From positions 197,470,001 through 197,534,000 of the forward strand of contig OX597814.1 of the NCBI GenBank assembly GCA_951406725.2: a stretch of DNA of 64,000 nucleotides, in the 5' to 3' direction. Under the pieces are notes generated by a model, which worked only from the letters and a program-made list of their open reading frames with translations, was not told where the DNA came from and did no database searches. Below are positions 24,628 through 38,731 of the stretch, one piece after another (within the stretch, counting starts at the first letter, position 1; each line of letters opens with the position of its first letter). This stretch comes from Octopus vulgaris (lineage: Eukaryota). The position numbers and the translations under genes were made by a program.

Positions 24628-24958
24628 TATATTCTTCTCCTCCTCTTTCTTCTTTCCCTCCTTTTTTTTCTCCGTCTCTGCCAAGAATTCACAACGACCC
24701 CGAGCCCACAAGAGTAACCAAGAGAGACAGAGACAGGCAGAAACAAGGAAAATGCCCTTGGATTTGGATACTATACATTCTTTTAAAAAACTTTTCTTTT
24801 AATTTTTCCAAAATTTGTTTTCCATGCTTACAGTTGAAAAAGTCTCAATGACTGAAACCAGTAGTGAAATATGTTTTATAAATTATTTTAGCATTTTCTA
24901 CCTTGACTTTTTTTTCCCCATATACAAACATACATATATATATTACGTACATATAAGA

Positions 24959-25108
24959 GGGATTACCACTATGTGGACACCCTAATGCTAGAAGCAGATC
25001 TGCTATGGTCTTACCACTAAGAATTGTTCTCTAGAAAATTTAGTAAATAACTAGCAATTTTCTAGCGGATCTACTTCTAGCGTTAGGGTGTCCACATAGT
25101 GGTAATCC
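24959..25108. repeat. Inverted repeat, ~46-bp arms
   Basis: GGATTACCACTATGTGGACACCCTAATGCTAGAAGCAGATCTGCTA vs TAGCGGATCTACTTCTAGCGTTAGGGTGTCCACATAGTGGTAATCC. Confidence 0.9.
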
Positions 25109-25211
25109 TTCCTATACTATTTACTGAACCTTAGTTTTTTAATATGCTATGCCACTGGTGTTATTAAATTAATATCCAGTTTTTCACCCTCATTTTAATT
25201 CATATTTAAGT

Positions 25212-25528
25212 GAGGGCGCGTGGCTTAGTGGTTAGGGCATTCGACTCATGATCATAAGGTTGTGAGTTCGATTCCCGGCGACGCGTTGTGTCCTTGAGCA
25301 AGACACTTTATTTCACGTTGCTCCAGTCCACTCAGCTGGCAAAAATGAGTTGTACTTGTATTTCAAAGGGTCAGCCTTGTCACTCTGTGTCACGCTGATT
25401 ATCCCCGAGAACTACGTTAAGGGTACACGTGTCTGTGGAATGCTCAGCCATTTGCACGTTAATTTCACGAGCAAGCTGTTCCGTTGATCGTATCAGCTGG
25501 GACCCTCGTCGTCGTAACCGGCGGAGTC
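25212..25528 (+). mobile_element. tRNA-derived SINE
   Basis: GGCGCGTGGCTTAGTGGTTAGGG (A box), GAGTTCGATTC (B box), body GTGTCCTTGAGCAAGACACTT; 3' part shared with 44940-45110. Confidence 0.8.
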
Positions 25529-26243
25529 TTTAAGTCTTTTAAGAATTCATATTTATATATATATACATATACGAATGGGTGTGTGTGTGTGTGTAATTGT
25601 GAATTTAGGCAGGTGCATCTATGTATTTGGCTAATCTTTTATGTCCATCTCGCAAATATTAAAGTACACCTGTTAAGAATACCTGTATTTCAACCTAGTG
25701 ACCAACATGAACCAAGACTCTATTCTAAGCATTTGTTTCATGTAGTCTCTAGATGTAAAATTTCTGGCCTGAGTGAAGCGATTCTTCTGAAAACAGATAC
25801 AATATGCAGATATAGAGTTTATAGTCGACGAAGATTAGTATGGCCGTAGATAGATAATACAACCAGATATAAGATCTGTAGTAGACAAGTTATAATTAGA
25901 GATATAGGGCCCATTCTTTAATATAAGTAAGTGTATATCGAGAATGTCAGTAATATCCATTAAAAGCCTTCTTAGATATAAATATCTGATTCAACTCGAT
26001 GTCACATACATCAATATATAAATGTTCTCCCTTTCAATCCACTTAATCTTACAGTCTGCTTTCATGTTATCCATTTCTGCAGGTTTCACAAACTCTCTAT
26101 CTCTCTCTCTCTTTCTTTCTCTCTCTCTCTTTCTTTCTCTCTCTCTATCAGTCTCATTGACTTTTCCGCAGAATACCAATATCTCTATACTTATTTGCTG
26201 CTATATCAGTACCTATGCATGTGTATGTGTATTGCATGTGGGT

Positions 26244-26293
<50 letters not shown>

Positions 26294-26386
26294 CTCTCTC
26301 TATATATATATAATCAACAGAATTAAAATTATACATACACACAGATACAAAATGTATATATATATATATTCATATATACATGATTC

Positions 26387-26427
<41 letters not shown>

Positions 26428-26510
26428 CATATATATATGAGTCTGTGTGTGTATGTATGTGTGTATATATAATATTCATATATATATATATATGAGGCTC
26501 TGTGTGTATG

Positions 26511-26541
<31 letters not shown>

Positions 26542-26600
26542 TATTCATATATATATATATGAGTCTGTGTGTGTATGTATGTATGTGTATATATATGTGT

Positions 26601-26640
<40 letters not shown>

Positions 26641-28396
26641 GGGGAGAAGGGGAAGGAGGGAGGGAGGGAGGAAGTATATGCTTTTTATTTATGATGTGCT
26701 GATGTAGAATGAAAAACAAGCGTGCACGATCTTCTGAACACAGACATATTTATATACATATTTATACACAGAGACACACATACACACAAATATATAGACA
26801 GATATATATATATATATGTGTGTGTGTGTGTTTGTATGTATGTATATATATATATATATATATATATTACATAATATAACTTAAAGCCTCAAAGTAATCA
26901 AATCTGTATAAGAAAGTATCCAAAATTTAGTGCAAGTCTAGGTTTTCTTATGCACAACACGCACATATTTACACATAAACACACACGCTCTTAGACATAC
27001 GTGTATCTGCAAACACACACAGATATGTTCATATACGCATTTGTACAAATATACGTATGTGTTACTGAGCGTGCATCTCTGCTTGAAAGTTCCTGTGTAA
27101 TTGTATATCGATGTTAAAAGTGGGAAGACCCTGTGAACCACGAAGATATGGAGTTGATGGACTGCAGAAAATATCAGGTGATATTTATGTATATTTTTTC
27201 TTCTGATATAATTCCGTGATTGAATTCGCTTATATTGGAATGAAGGAATACAGGAAGATGGAATGTATGTACAATAGAATAATTGAATGATGGAATATTT
27301 CATATCCGTTTTGTTTTGCTATATTTTCTTATGAATTTAATTGAAATGTGGGCATACCCGTGACCTTTACGTTCTCACACGGACTGCTGTCGTCGAGAAA
27401 TTAAATGGAATTTAGTATCATAGTCGCAGGCGGCGATGTGTGGTAAGAAGATTGTTTCCCAACCACACGGTTCCGGGTTCAGTCCCACTGTGTAGCACTT
27501 GGACCAAGTGTCTTCTACAATAGCTTGGAGGCGACTAAAGCATTGTAAGTGGATTTAGTAGACGGGAACTGACAGAAGCCCATCGTGTCTGTGTGTGTGT
27601 GTGTACGTCCGCATGTTTCTTTCTGTATTCATTTGTGTTTGTATCTACGGCTTCAAGGTTCGTCAAAAGAGACTGATAGATTAAGTACCATGCTTTACAA
27701 AAACAAAAGACAATAATAAGTGCTAGAATTGATTTGTGCGACTAAAATCCTTCAAAGGCCGCAATTTAATGAGTGAAACAAGTAAAAAATAAAAGGTCAG
27801 TAGATGTGCTGAGAGGGAGTTGGGACGGATGGTAGTTCAAGTCCCAGGTAAGGCCAACAGTGCCGTACTAATCCTTCATTTAGGACAGTGATGTTGCCAT
27901 TCTCACTAATATCCAAGACCACATCAAAAGAAGGGTTACTCGAATAAGAGAAATTCAGCCACTGATGGATACGCTCCGCTCCGGCTTCTAGCCTACATAC
28001 GTGTGGCCTCTATTTCATTTCTTTTCTATCGGTACTGTAAGGCCCAGTTCTTCAAAATTGGACGGTGTGGTACCTCCATCACTCACACTCATACACTTTC
28101 TTTCTTTTTCCATCCTTGATACATGCTGAGATGCGTGGCTTAGTGGTTATGGTATTGGACTCATGATCGTAAGATTGTGGTTTCGATTTCTCAACTGGGT
28201 GATGCATTATGTTCTTGAGTAAAACACTTCGTTCAACGTTGCTTCAGTTCACTCAGCTGATCAACCCTGCGAAAGATCGGAGACCCGTCCAGGGAGAGTA
28301 TATGCACCACAGAAACCGGGAAACCGCGCCCATTATTCTATATGACTCGGGATGTATCTTTATCCTATCCGTGACGCATCCAGCAACACCACCATA

Positions 28397-28441
<45 letters not shown>

Positions 28442-29139
28442 GTGTGTGTGTGTGTGTGTGTGTATTCCTTTGTGTCTGTGTTTTTACCCCACCCCGTCAC
28501 CGCTTGACAACCAGTGTTGTTGTGTTTACTTACCCGTAACTTAGCGGTTCGGCAAAAAGACACCGATATAGTAAGTACTAGAGTTACAAAGAATAAGTCA
28601 TGGGATCGATTTGTTCGACAGAAACTCTTCGAGGCGGCGCTCCAGCATGGCCCCAGCCATATGACTGAAACAAGTAAAAGAACAACTAGTTATTTTCTAA
28701 TAATCTCTTCTGCTCTAGGCTCAAGGCCTGAAATTGTGGAGGAGGGAGCCAGACGATTAGATTGCCTCCAGTACGCAACTGGTACTTAATTTATCGACTC
28801 CGAAAGGATGAAAGGCAAACTCGACCTCGGCGGAATTTGAACTCAGAACGTAGCAGCAGACGAAATACTGCTAAGCATTTCGCCCAGCGTGCTAACGTTT
28901 CTGCCAGCTCGCCGCCTTTCTTATTAAGTAATAATGAACGCATACTTGGGTGTATTTTGCATGTGAATGTGTGTAAGCTTGATTGTATGTGTGTATGTAT
29001 GTGTGTATGTGTTGTTGATATGGTGGAGTTTCGTAGGTGTACGTCACTGTACGACAATGTGACAAGGTTAGCATCGAAAAGATACCACGCGGCTGGTTTA
29101 ATGTGATATGTGTGCAACTGTGTATAAATTTGAGGAAGA

Positions 29140-29186
<47 letters not shown>

Positions 29187-29807
29187 TGTGTGCATTAGTT
29201 ATCTTAGTCATTTTGTTCTCGATCGTATACGGCTTCCTGCTTCATACCGTGTTCAGATATGTGCCTTTCTTATAAATGAGTTTGTATGACCTCATATGTC
29301 AGTATTTATGTATGTTTAAAGCCGATTCTATGTCCATATCAAGCGTCTAGCTATGTATAAGTATACAGTCTCATTCACTTGTATCGAGTATCATCTTGTT
29401 GGTTATTGTACCTATGAATATCTCTGTGTGAGAGTGTTCTTATACATATATATATATGCGCGCGTGTGTGTGTGTGTGGCTTTAAGTGCTCGTGTTGAAC
29501 AAATTTATTGAATATATAAACATTTTCTTAAATAGAACAGAAAACAAATGGCTTTTAAATTTCAGACGCATTTCTAATTAGCAATGGATTTAAAATTGAA
29601 GAGTTTGGCCAAATTCCAATGCGGAATAGTTTCTGGTAGTGACGTTAACCATTCTGGTCAATGATGAAATTTCTTTGAGCATCAAGTGTCAGAAGCGTGT
29701 TGAAGGTGGACAATTCTGAAAGAGATTATCAAAACTGATCAACAGATTTATTTAGGTGTGTGGAGTATAAGTTCAAAATGTATAATGTATAATAATAATA
29801 ATTATTA

Positions 29808-30364
29808 TTGAGTGAGAAAGCAGTGCATGCCGTCAAAGTGACACTGGGGTAAAATATACGAAGCCCAGTATACCCTTTATGACTACCCGTCTGATAAGTG
29901 TACACTTGGCACTTGCATCACAATCATATGTGCGCGACATGGTGATCTCATATCAAAATAAACAGCACATGACCTTGCAGGTGGGGCCCAGTTAGAATTT
30001 TTTTCTTATCGAATAGCCCATCCCGCACAAAAGGTCCCTGAATAAGGATTGTTTAAGGATGTTGAACGAAACAACTATGTATCCAAAGGTGAATTATCCA
30101 AACCTCCAAGAATTCCTTTCAACACACGGCTATGATGCTCCGCCACTACTTCTGCTTGTGATCAGAGATGCACATATTGTTAGCCACTAAGGGACATGCT
30201 CAACTGGTTAAGGTCAAACAACTGACAAGCAAATCTGTGGTATTGAGCAGAATATTTGCTGTAGCCCATCTTTTATACCAATACAAAACAGTGTACATGA
30301 TAATACTTCCAATCAGTTATGATCAGAAGCCACGAGAGCCGCCGCCTGGTACTGCATCTGGGCA

Positions 30365-30367
<3 letters not shown>
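29808..30367 (-). mobile_element. Third (inverted) copy of the (AAT)n-associated repeat
   Basis: Reverse complement of 1826-2555 / 8745-9190, flanked by AAT/ATT runs on both sides. Confidence 0.8.
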
Positions 30368-30399
<32 letters not shown>

Positions 30400-30479
30400 G
30401 TTACAAGGCCTGAAATTTTGGGGGCGGTGGCAAGTCGATTACATCGACCCAGTGTTCAACAGGTACTTGCTTTATTAGG

Positions 30480-31160
30480 GAGACGATGTAAGCATTCCTC
30501 ATATTTACTCAAACTTTCAGGGATAATCATCTCACAGCCCACCCATTTCTTGGCCACCCTTCTTCGAATCTCATCCCAGTTCTTGTCTAGATGTGGCTTC
30601 GAGTCAAACCAGACACCGAGCAGTTTTACTGCTCTTTCTATCCGTCTACCTACCACTACTTAGTTATGCGCCATAGACTTACCTTTCCAGGTGCCGAGCT
30701 GTAAGCCTATCGACATTTTGGATTTTTCTTTGTTCCTGCGATTACCTTGAATTCCATTAAAATGCTCTCCACCCGCTGAACTTCCGTGGTGTCTGACAAT
30801 ATTACAGTGATATCATTCGAAGGGCAGCCCCTCGAGTGTTCTAGTTACCGCTGCAAATACCTCAGCTCCAGAACATATCGAAGAGATGAGAGAGGACACC
30901 CGAGACTGATGAAGCGTACGATCTGAAATGTTTCTGAGAGGTAAACGACACCGTGTATTGCTGCGATCCAGCTACGAAAACGGGTCTGAAACCGGCCAAC
31001 TTTCGGACATGTAGCTATGGTCGACCCTATCGAAGGCTTTTCACTGATACAAATTTATCAGGGTCCAACCGATACCTTATTTTTACCCAGTCCTGATGTA
31101 ACGCATGAGGTGAAGAACGTCTATTGCAGATTGGATTGCGTCTCCCACCAAACCATCTGA
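30480..31160 (-). pseudogene. Decayed L1/Tx1-clade LINE RT fragment
   Basis: Minus translations GCPLSSLRYVLEL, DITVILSD..AGTKKNPKMSIGLQLGTWKGK, VKLLGVWF..KNWDEI. Confidence 0.65.
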
Positions 31161-32184
31161 GGCAAATAATAATAATAATATTTCTACTTTAGGTACAAGG
31201 TCTGAGAGGAGGGGCAAGAGTAAGTCTATAACATCGACTCCAGTGTTCATTCAACACGTACTTCTTTTATCGACCCCAAAACGATAGAAGGTGAAGCCAA
31301 CCTTAGCGGTACTTGAACTCAGAACGTAAAAGAAGGTAAAACGCCACTAGCATTTTCTCTAGTATACTAAAGATTTTGCCATTTCACAACTTTAGATAAT
31401 AATAATAAGAAGAAGAAGAAGAATAGAATTGTATCCTGATGCAGTAAAGTATAAATTTTCCCTCACACAAAAGAGATATTTAATGTAATTTTGCTGAAAC
31501 TGTACAAGGCTTATAAATTATGTATCTTCTTGTCTGGTTTTCATTACGTGAGTTCTGCTGAAACGGCTTATGTTCTGCTTACCTATCACTCTTTCATTCG
31601 ACTTCCTACTATCATTTGCATCTTCCAGACAATTCTTTCATTTGTTATGATTTTGCTTGCCAAGTCAGTCAACACATTCCAACTAAACATATTTTCTATA
31701 CAACATTTTCTACCGTTTGTCGACATTCTACTCGTTTCGAATGTATCTAACGAGGTTTGTTTTATAACCTTTTTAGGCTTTGAAGAAAAGTATTAGACAA
31801 GGTAACTTATAAATCTGACTCTATATCTAACACGGATAATAGTCAGAAAAACAAGCCACTACTCGATGTCTAAAAAATAGTGGCTAAGGCTCCCTCAAAC
31901 CACATATGACTGACCGCCTTCGATTAAAAAGAGATGAAGTATTGAATAACGTTAGTCCTAGATACACGGCACCTTGCAAACAAAAACTGAATGGTCAGTG
32001 TCGAAATGCGTTGATCATTGGACTAAACAGCAATAACAATATAGATGTAAATATGAGGCTTTGGAGATTATTAAAACTGATAGGATTATTACGGTGTCAA
32101 TATTTTCAATCTATGGAGTATATTTCGAACAATCGAAGCATCTTGAAGTTATGTTCAGTATTTCTCAAGGAATACAATATTCTT

Positions 32185-32576
32185 TTCTACTCTAGGCACA
32201 AGGCCCGAAATTTTGGGGGAGGCGGCCAGTCGACTAGATCGACTCCAGTGTGCAACTGGTACTTAATTTATCGACCCCGAAAGGATGAAAGGCAAGGTCG
32301 ACCTCGGCGGAATTTGAACGCAGAACGTAAAGATAGACGAAATACCTATTTCTTTACTACCCACAAGTGGCTAAACACAGAGAGGACAAACAAGGACAGG
32401 CAAACGGATTAATTCGATTATATCGACCCCAGTGCGTAACTGGTACTTATTTAATCGACCCCGAAAGGATGAAAGGCAAAGTCTCGGCGAAATTTGAACT
32501 CAGAACTTAACGGCAGACGAAATACCGCTAAGCATTTCGCTCGGCGTGCTAACGTCTCTGCCAGCTCGCCGCCTTC
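32185..32576 (-). mobile_element. SINE family B, with internally duplicated body
   Basis: Two consecutive ACTGGTACTT..TCGACCCCGAAAGGATGAAAGGCAA blocks, one head. Confidence 0.8.
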
Positions 32577-34274
32577 AAGGGATACAATATTGAGAGATAT
32601 GATCTCTTTGATAATGCATTAAACTTTCTCACTAAACCGAACGAAAATAAGCACTAAAATACGTTTATCGTTGTACTATGTTCCTTGATATTACTCTTGT
32701 GTACATCGCAGTGAAGGCGGCTAGCTGGCAGAATTGCTACCGTACCGGAAAAAAGCCCTTTAACGACATATCGTCCGTCTTTACGTTCTAAGTTCAAATT
32801 CCGCGGTGATGTACTTTACCTTTCATCCTTTTAGGGGTCAATAAAATAAGCACTCAATTAGCACTGGGGTTGATATATTCGACTTGCTCTCTCCCTAAAA
32901 ATTGCTGGCTTTGTGCCACAATTTGAACCAATATTTTGTGTATCGCATTCATAGCCATATAACACCATACAAACCAACAACGAATAGAGGGAACCATTTT
33001 ATTACAGTTTTTTTTTTTTTTTTCTTAATTCAAACAATCTGTATCGCGGATTGCAGTTTAATACAGATATACTTCCACGGTTTTCATAAGCCTCTCAAAT
33101 TAACTGAATTTTTAAAGAACTGTACAACGATAAACAAGATAGAGTTTGTTACCATGGCGATCAAACTATAAACTTCAACAAATAGTTTAAGGAGAAATGT
33201 ACACGACTGTAAGCTTCGAGTATCCTTTGATATTTCGTATATTTAAACCTTTCCAACCTAATGTCAATACTGTTAACATTTGGTCAAAGAGGTCGAAATC
33301 AAAAGGAACTAATGTACAAACAAATCAAGCGTGCCTTCATTCGCGTTAAATTCCTCATGCTATCGTCTTCACATTCTCTTAGAAATATATTCGACTTTAT
33401 ATTTCCGAAAGTGTTACACACATTCACGAGTTATTAAATCTAGCAATGTTAGGTTAGGTATTTATTCACTGGAAGAAGAGTTTTGTCCATTGATAGGGTA
33501 AACGTACTTTCGACTATAAATACATATAAATACATATAAATACATATACACCAGTCTCTTTGCAATTACCTGTTCTTTCTGATTCGTTAGTTATAACATA
33601 AACTGCGGCTACACGCCATTACTGAATGCATTTTACTGTATCATCAATTTTCTATATTCTACATAGAATGGTCATCGATTCCCAATTACTGGCAATAACA
33701 TATTTGCTACAAACCATCACCTTTTATCTTTTACTTATTTCAATCATTTGACTGCGGCCATACTGGAACATTGCCTTGAAAGGTATTTAGTGGAAGAAAT
33801 CGATCAAGTATACTTTCTTTTTAAAATCTGGTACCTATTTATTGTTTTTTTGCTAAACCGCTTGTTTACAAGAACTTGAACAAAACAAAATCTGTTGCCA
33901 AGCTGGAGAGGAAAAGCACAAAAACACATACATATACAATATCAAATACCCAACGAACAGTGTGAAAAGTGAACGTGCTTTACCACTAAGCTACCATACG
34001 ATTCATTAACTAATAAAAATATTCATATATATTTTCTTTTATCCTTTTACTTGTTTCAGTCATTTGACTGCGACCGTGTTGGAGCACCACTTTTTGTCGA
34101 ACAAATCGACACCAGGACTTGTTCTTCGTAAGCCTAGTACTTATTCTATCGGGCTCTTTTGCCGAACCGCTAGGCTACGGGAACGTCAACACACCAACGT
34201 CGATTGTCAAGCGATGTTGGGGGATACAAATACAGGCACGTAAATATAAATATATATATATAAATATATATATA

Positions 34275-34631
34275 AATTAATTGTTATCGCCATATTAATA
34301 TGGCAATCTTATAGATATAAGACTAAAAGCTGTCGCTGGTTAGCTCCATGAGGCCATCGCCTTAAGATAGCTATATGACACACAAACTGTGTCCATTAGA
34401 ACCTTCGAACAAGATATATATCAACAGAGATGCAGCACGAAGTTTTGTCAGTGAACAGGTCGCGGTCTTAAAGCGACGAAAATATTTTGACAAATTAAAT
34501 TTAAATGTTGAAGTGAACTAACGGTTTTTGTGCGTTTCTTAAATGGCTTAGAAACACCTTCCACGCTGCAATTGTTTTCGTTCCAGCACACGATCTCAGA
34601 TCAAGTCACTCGCTATGCAAGTACATCTCCG

Positions 34632-34634
<3 letters not shown>
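34275..34634 (+). mobile_element. Non-coding insert in the microsatellite of a split SINE A (halves 34040-34240 and 34892-35052); probable PLE 3' tail
   Basis: TA-rich on both sides; contains a hammerhead-fold motif ~140 nt upstream of a long (TA)n. Confidence 0.6.
34444..34494 (+). ncRNA. Hammerhead-fold RNA with swapped G3:C8 core (GUGAACA)
   Basis: TTTGTCA-GTGAACA-G GTCGC ggtcttaaa GCGAC-GAAA-ATAT-TT-TGACAAA: 7-bp stem I, 5-bp stem II, palindrome AATATT. Confidence 0.7.
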
Positions 34635-34721
<87 letters not shown>

Positions 34722-35063
34722 GAGTGTATTTTTACCTTGTTAACAATTAACACGGAATTAAATATGTTTATACCATTTATTCTTTTGAATAGTATCAGTG
34801 GAATTTTCTAAACATGTGTTGAAAGTAAAAATATTTGATTACACCTGCGTTAACTCCATTTTTTATTCATATTATATATATATATATATATTCGACGGGC
34901 TTCTTCCAGTTTCCGTCTACCAAATCCACTCACGAGGCTTTAGTCGGCCCGAGGCTAAAGTAGAAGACACTTGCCCCAGGTGTCATGCAGTTGGACTGAA
35001 CCCGAAACCATGTGTTTGGGAAGCAAGCTTCTTACCACACAGCCACTCCTGCCCCTATACATA

Positions 35064-35500
35064 CAGTAATCACTTGCCACATCGAGGTTCAACTATCGCG
35101 CCCTCAGTACCTCGCGGATTTTTCTGGTTAATATGTGTAAATTTATATCGCGGACCCCTCAGTATATCACGTGTTTCTGCGGCCGATGGATATTTATATT
35201 TTGTTTTTAGATATTAATTATTTTTGTGGCAAAATAAGAATTTTCATGACTAAAAATTAATAAAATGATAAATAACAATAGAGTATAGAACTGCACTGTA
35301 TAATACATTAATTAAAATATATTAATTAAAATATATTAATTAAAATATATTAAAAGAAAGTACGTAGTGTACTGTAGATGAGTAAACAAAGAACTGAATA
35401 TACTGTATTGAAAACGAGACTCGGGAGGCGAGTGTGTGGTGTTGTTTTGCATTTATAATTAGATATAACAAATTATAACAATAATTAGAAAATATTTACA
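35064..35500 (+). mobile_element. pogo/Tigger-like DNA transposon relic (left end)
   Basis: TA-CAGTAATCACTTGCCACATCGAGGTTCAACTATCGCG.. similar to the termini of the MITE at 59484-59692; right boundary uncertain. Confidence 0.45.
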
Positions 35501-35675
35501 ATACGTAGGCGTAGTTGTGTGGTAAATAGCTTGCTTACCAACCACATGGTTCTGGGTTCAGTCGGAGTTTTCTTTCCTCATTCGAGTTCCAGATTATCTT
35601 TGCAATTTCGGCTGGTTATACTCGAGATTTCTCCAATCTGGCCAGCCCCAAGGAAAAACTCTCTCTCTCTCTCAT

Positions 35676-35728
<53 letters not shown>

Positions 35729-35824
35729 TAATCCAAACATGAAAACACAAAGAGAAAACACAACAACACGAGGACGTGGAACAAGTATAGTGTTATTGGA
35801 CGTTCAGGAAAGGAAAGAAGGAGG

Positions 35825-35859
35825 ATTTAACGTTTCGAGCGGAGCTCTTCGTCAGAAAC
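35825..35859 (-). ncRNA. Minimal hammerhead in a short insert (35723-35912) between (TA)n runs
   Basis: Minus: GTTT-CTGACGA-A GAGC tcc GCTC-GAAA-CG-TT-AAAT. Confidence 0.65.
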
Positions 35860-36241
35860 ATAGGAAAAAGAAAGATCCAAGGAAGGGATGACGAAGGAAA
35901 AAAATCGCCAGCGATATATATATATATATATATATATATATCAATACTCCAATTTATTTCATGTGCATATCTATAACTTACGCTTCTTATGCTTCTTCGT
36001 GCGCGTTTACACCTACGCAAAAAATACAAACACACACACACATACACACATACTTGTGTGTATATAAGCACCTAGGCTGATATATACAGACAGACACACA
36101 AAAGACAGATACATACATACATACATATGATCATATACAAATCTAAATGTGAAAGTAGGATAAACTAAAAATTGAAAAACCCGCTGGTTATTGTTTATCT
36201 GTGACGTATTTAGAAGATATATGTGAATTTGTGCGTGTGAT

Positions 36242-36294
<53 letters not shown>

Positions 36295-36805
36295 GTCTAT
36301 GTATGATTTGCAGTTTATATATTAACTTTGTCATTGCATATAAACATAGTGGGTTTCATGTTGTTATTAGTTTGTTTTCTTTTTTTAACCAACACAACAA
36401 TAATAGCAGCAGTAATATCTAATGATAATACTGATAAGGTTATTCCATACGATCAACTTCAGTCCAATATCTCGTTTTCCTTCTTTGCATATTTTGTTAC
36501 ACGCCTCCTCCATATATCATTGTATCTCTTTAGCTCTCTAACTCTTTAGTTCTCTAACTCTCTCGGTCTCTAACTCTCTAGATCTCTGGCACCATGACTT
36601 CCCATATATTTGTCATTTATCTGTTGCACTATTCCAGTATATTTCTCTCACATTTTATCTCTCCCTTTCTCTCTTTCTCTCTCTCTCCCTTTCGCTCTCT
36701 CTCTCCCTCTCTGTAAACATATACACTTGTAAGCACACTATATTTGTCCATCTACCTAATTAGCTATGTTTATCTCTCTATTTATCTCTCTATTTATCTT
36801 TGCAT

Positions 36806-36850
<45 letters not shown>

Positions 36851-37081
36851 CACACACACATACATACATACAGATATGTAGATATATATATATATACTAT
36901 ACACATACATACAGATATGTAGATATGAATATATATATATATATATATTATACACATACATACAGATATGTAGATATGTATATATATATATATATATATA
37001 TACACATACATACAGATATGTAGATATGTATATATATATATATACACATACATACATACAGATATGTAGATATGTGTTTAC

Positions 37082-37118
<37 letters not shown>

Positions 37119-38192
37119 TCTTCCTGACCAATCTCATATCTCTCTCTATGTCGCTCCCTGTTAACATATCTTTCACCTTCTCTCATTATCTTTTACTCTC
37201 TCTCTCTCTCTTTCTCTCTCTTTCCTTCTTCCGCTTTCTCTCCCTATTATATCTTTATTTACTTTTTCCTTCGAAAAATGAAAACTTATAACTAACTGCA
37301 GATCTTAATTAAGGAGATGACTAGAGGGTATAAATACTATTTTTACAGAGGAAAGACTTGTGAAGATAACTTCTGCCGACTCATCAGTAACCATTGCAGG
37401 ATGTTCTGTACACCACCCAGTCTTTCTCCAGCTGTTATCTCGAACCTTAATGCTTAAATTGCCATTAACAGCGACAACAACAACAACAATACTTATGATA
37501 ACGATTTCTATGTGCCATTCAAATAATCATCGTCAGTTCCATCGTCGTCATCGTCATCATCAACAACCACATCGAGATTAAGGTTGCCGCAACAAGACTA
37601 TATAAGTCTCTTAACAAATCTGCTTCTGTTGTCATAGTTTCCTGTGTCGTTTGGAAACGCAATCTATATATCTAGATCGCGCGTTCGCACGCCAGCACAC
37701 ACACACATACACTCACCTGCATGCACACATACACGCACGTACCGTACATACACAAATACTTTCAAACAGACAAGAAATATATAAGGTAAGATGGCGAATT
37801 TTTCTGAGTTGATAAACAAGCTTAGAAAAGCCAAGCCTGTAGTGGATTATGCACTTATTGGTTGTAAACCTCGAAGTGACTAAGGAACACTAAGTTACAG
37901 ATAGATTACAAGAAAAAAAGCAGACGGGATCAGCTTCACACAATTTTCAATGATAAAAATGATAAATCTCTATTAAGAATAAAAACAGGAATAGAAAATC
38001 GTTACCATGATCTATACGGTAGCCTGTCTCTCTCTTAAAAATCTCATATTATCTCTGAATAGACAGAAGTTAGTACATATGAGTACGATTGAGCTTTTGC
38101 TTAGCAGGGATGAAATTGGAATGTCTAGATGTGAGCAGTGCAGTTATGCTGCAATATTGTTAGCCTGAATACATTACAAAGTGTGTATGTAC

Positions 38193-38229
<37 letters not shown>

Positions 38230-38234
38230 AACAG

Positions 38235-38382
38235 TATTAGGGAATATAACTCCAAACTTACAGGGAAAAATTAGATTTAGTATTTAATCAAATTTTACAG
38301 TATAAATATATAAAATATACAATAAAATTATATTTGTCATTCATATTATCATTCATTATATATTTGCTGTATAATATATATG

Positions 38383-38413
<31 letters not shown>

Positions 38414-38417
38414 ATAT

Positions 38418-38448
<31 letters not shown>

Positions 38449-38451
38449 TAT

Positions 38452-38530
<79 letters not shown>

Positions 38531-38684
38531 TAATTATATATGTTATTTGTTATTTATATATTATTTTATGTCTAATACTGTTTGAGTTGCTTCATAGTGG
38601 TTTTATCTCTAATTCATATTTTAGGATTATTATTATAATCCTAAATCTAATTTTTCCCTGTAAGTTTGGATTTACTCCCTAATA
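38235..38684. repeat. Inverted ~45-bp arms enclosing a TA-rich microsatellite
   Basis: TATTAGGGAATATAACTCCAAACTTACAGGGAAAAATTAGATTTAG vs CTAAATCTAATTTTTCCCTGTAAGTTTGGATTTACTCCCTAATA. Confidence 0.85.
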
Positions 38685-38686
38685 TT

Positions 38687-38731
<45 letters not shown>

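Noticed and set aside
25212-25282. tRNA gene
   Set aside because: tRNA-like head runs directly into a SINE body with no proper acceptor stem or T-run terminator
34794-34839. Second possible G3-type hammerhead (ATCA-GTGGAA..TTTC/GAAA..AATATT-TGAT)
   Set aside because: Core spacing and GAAA box too damaged to call
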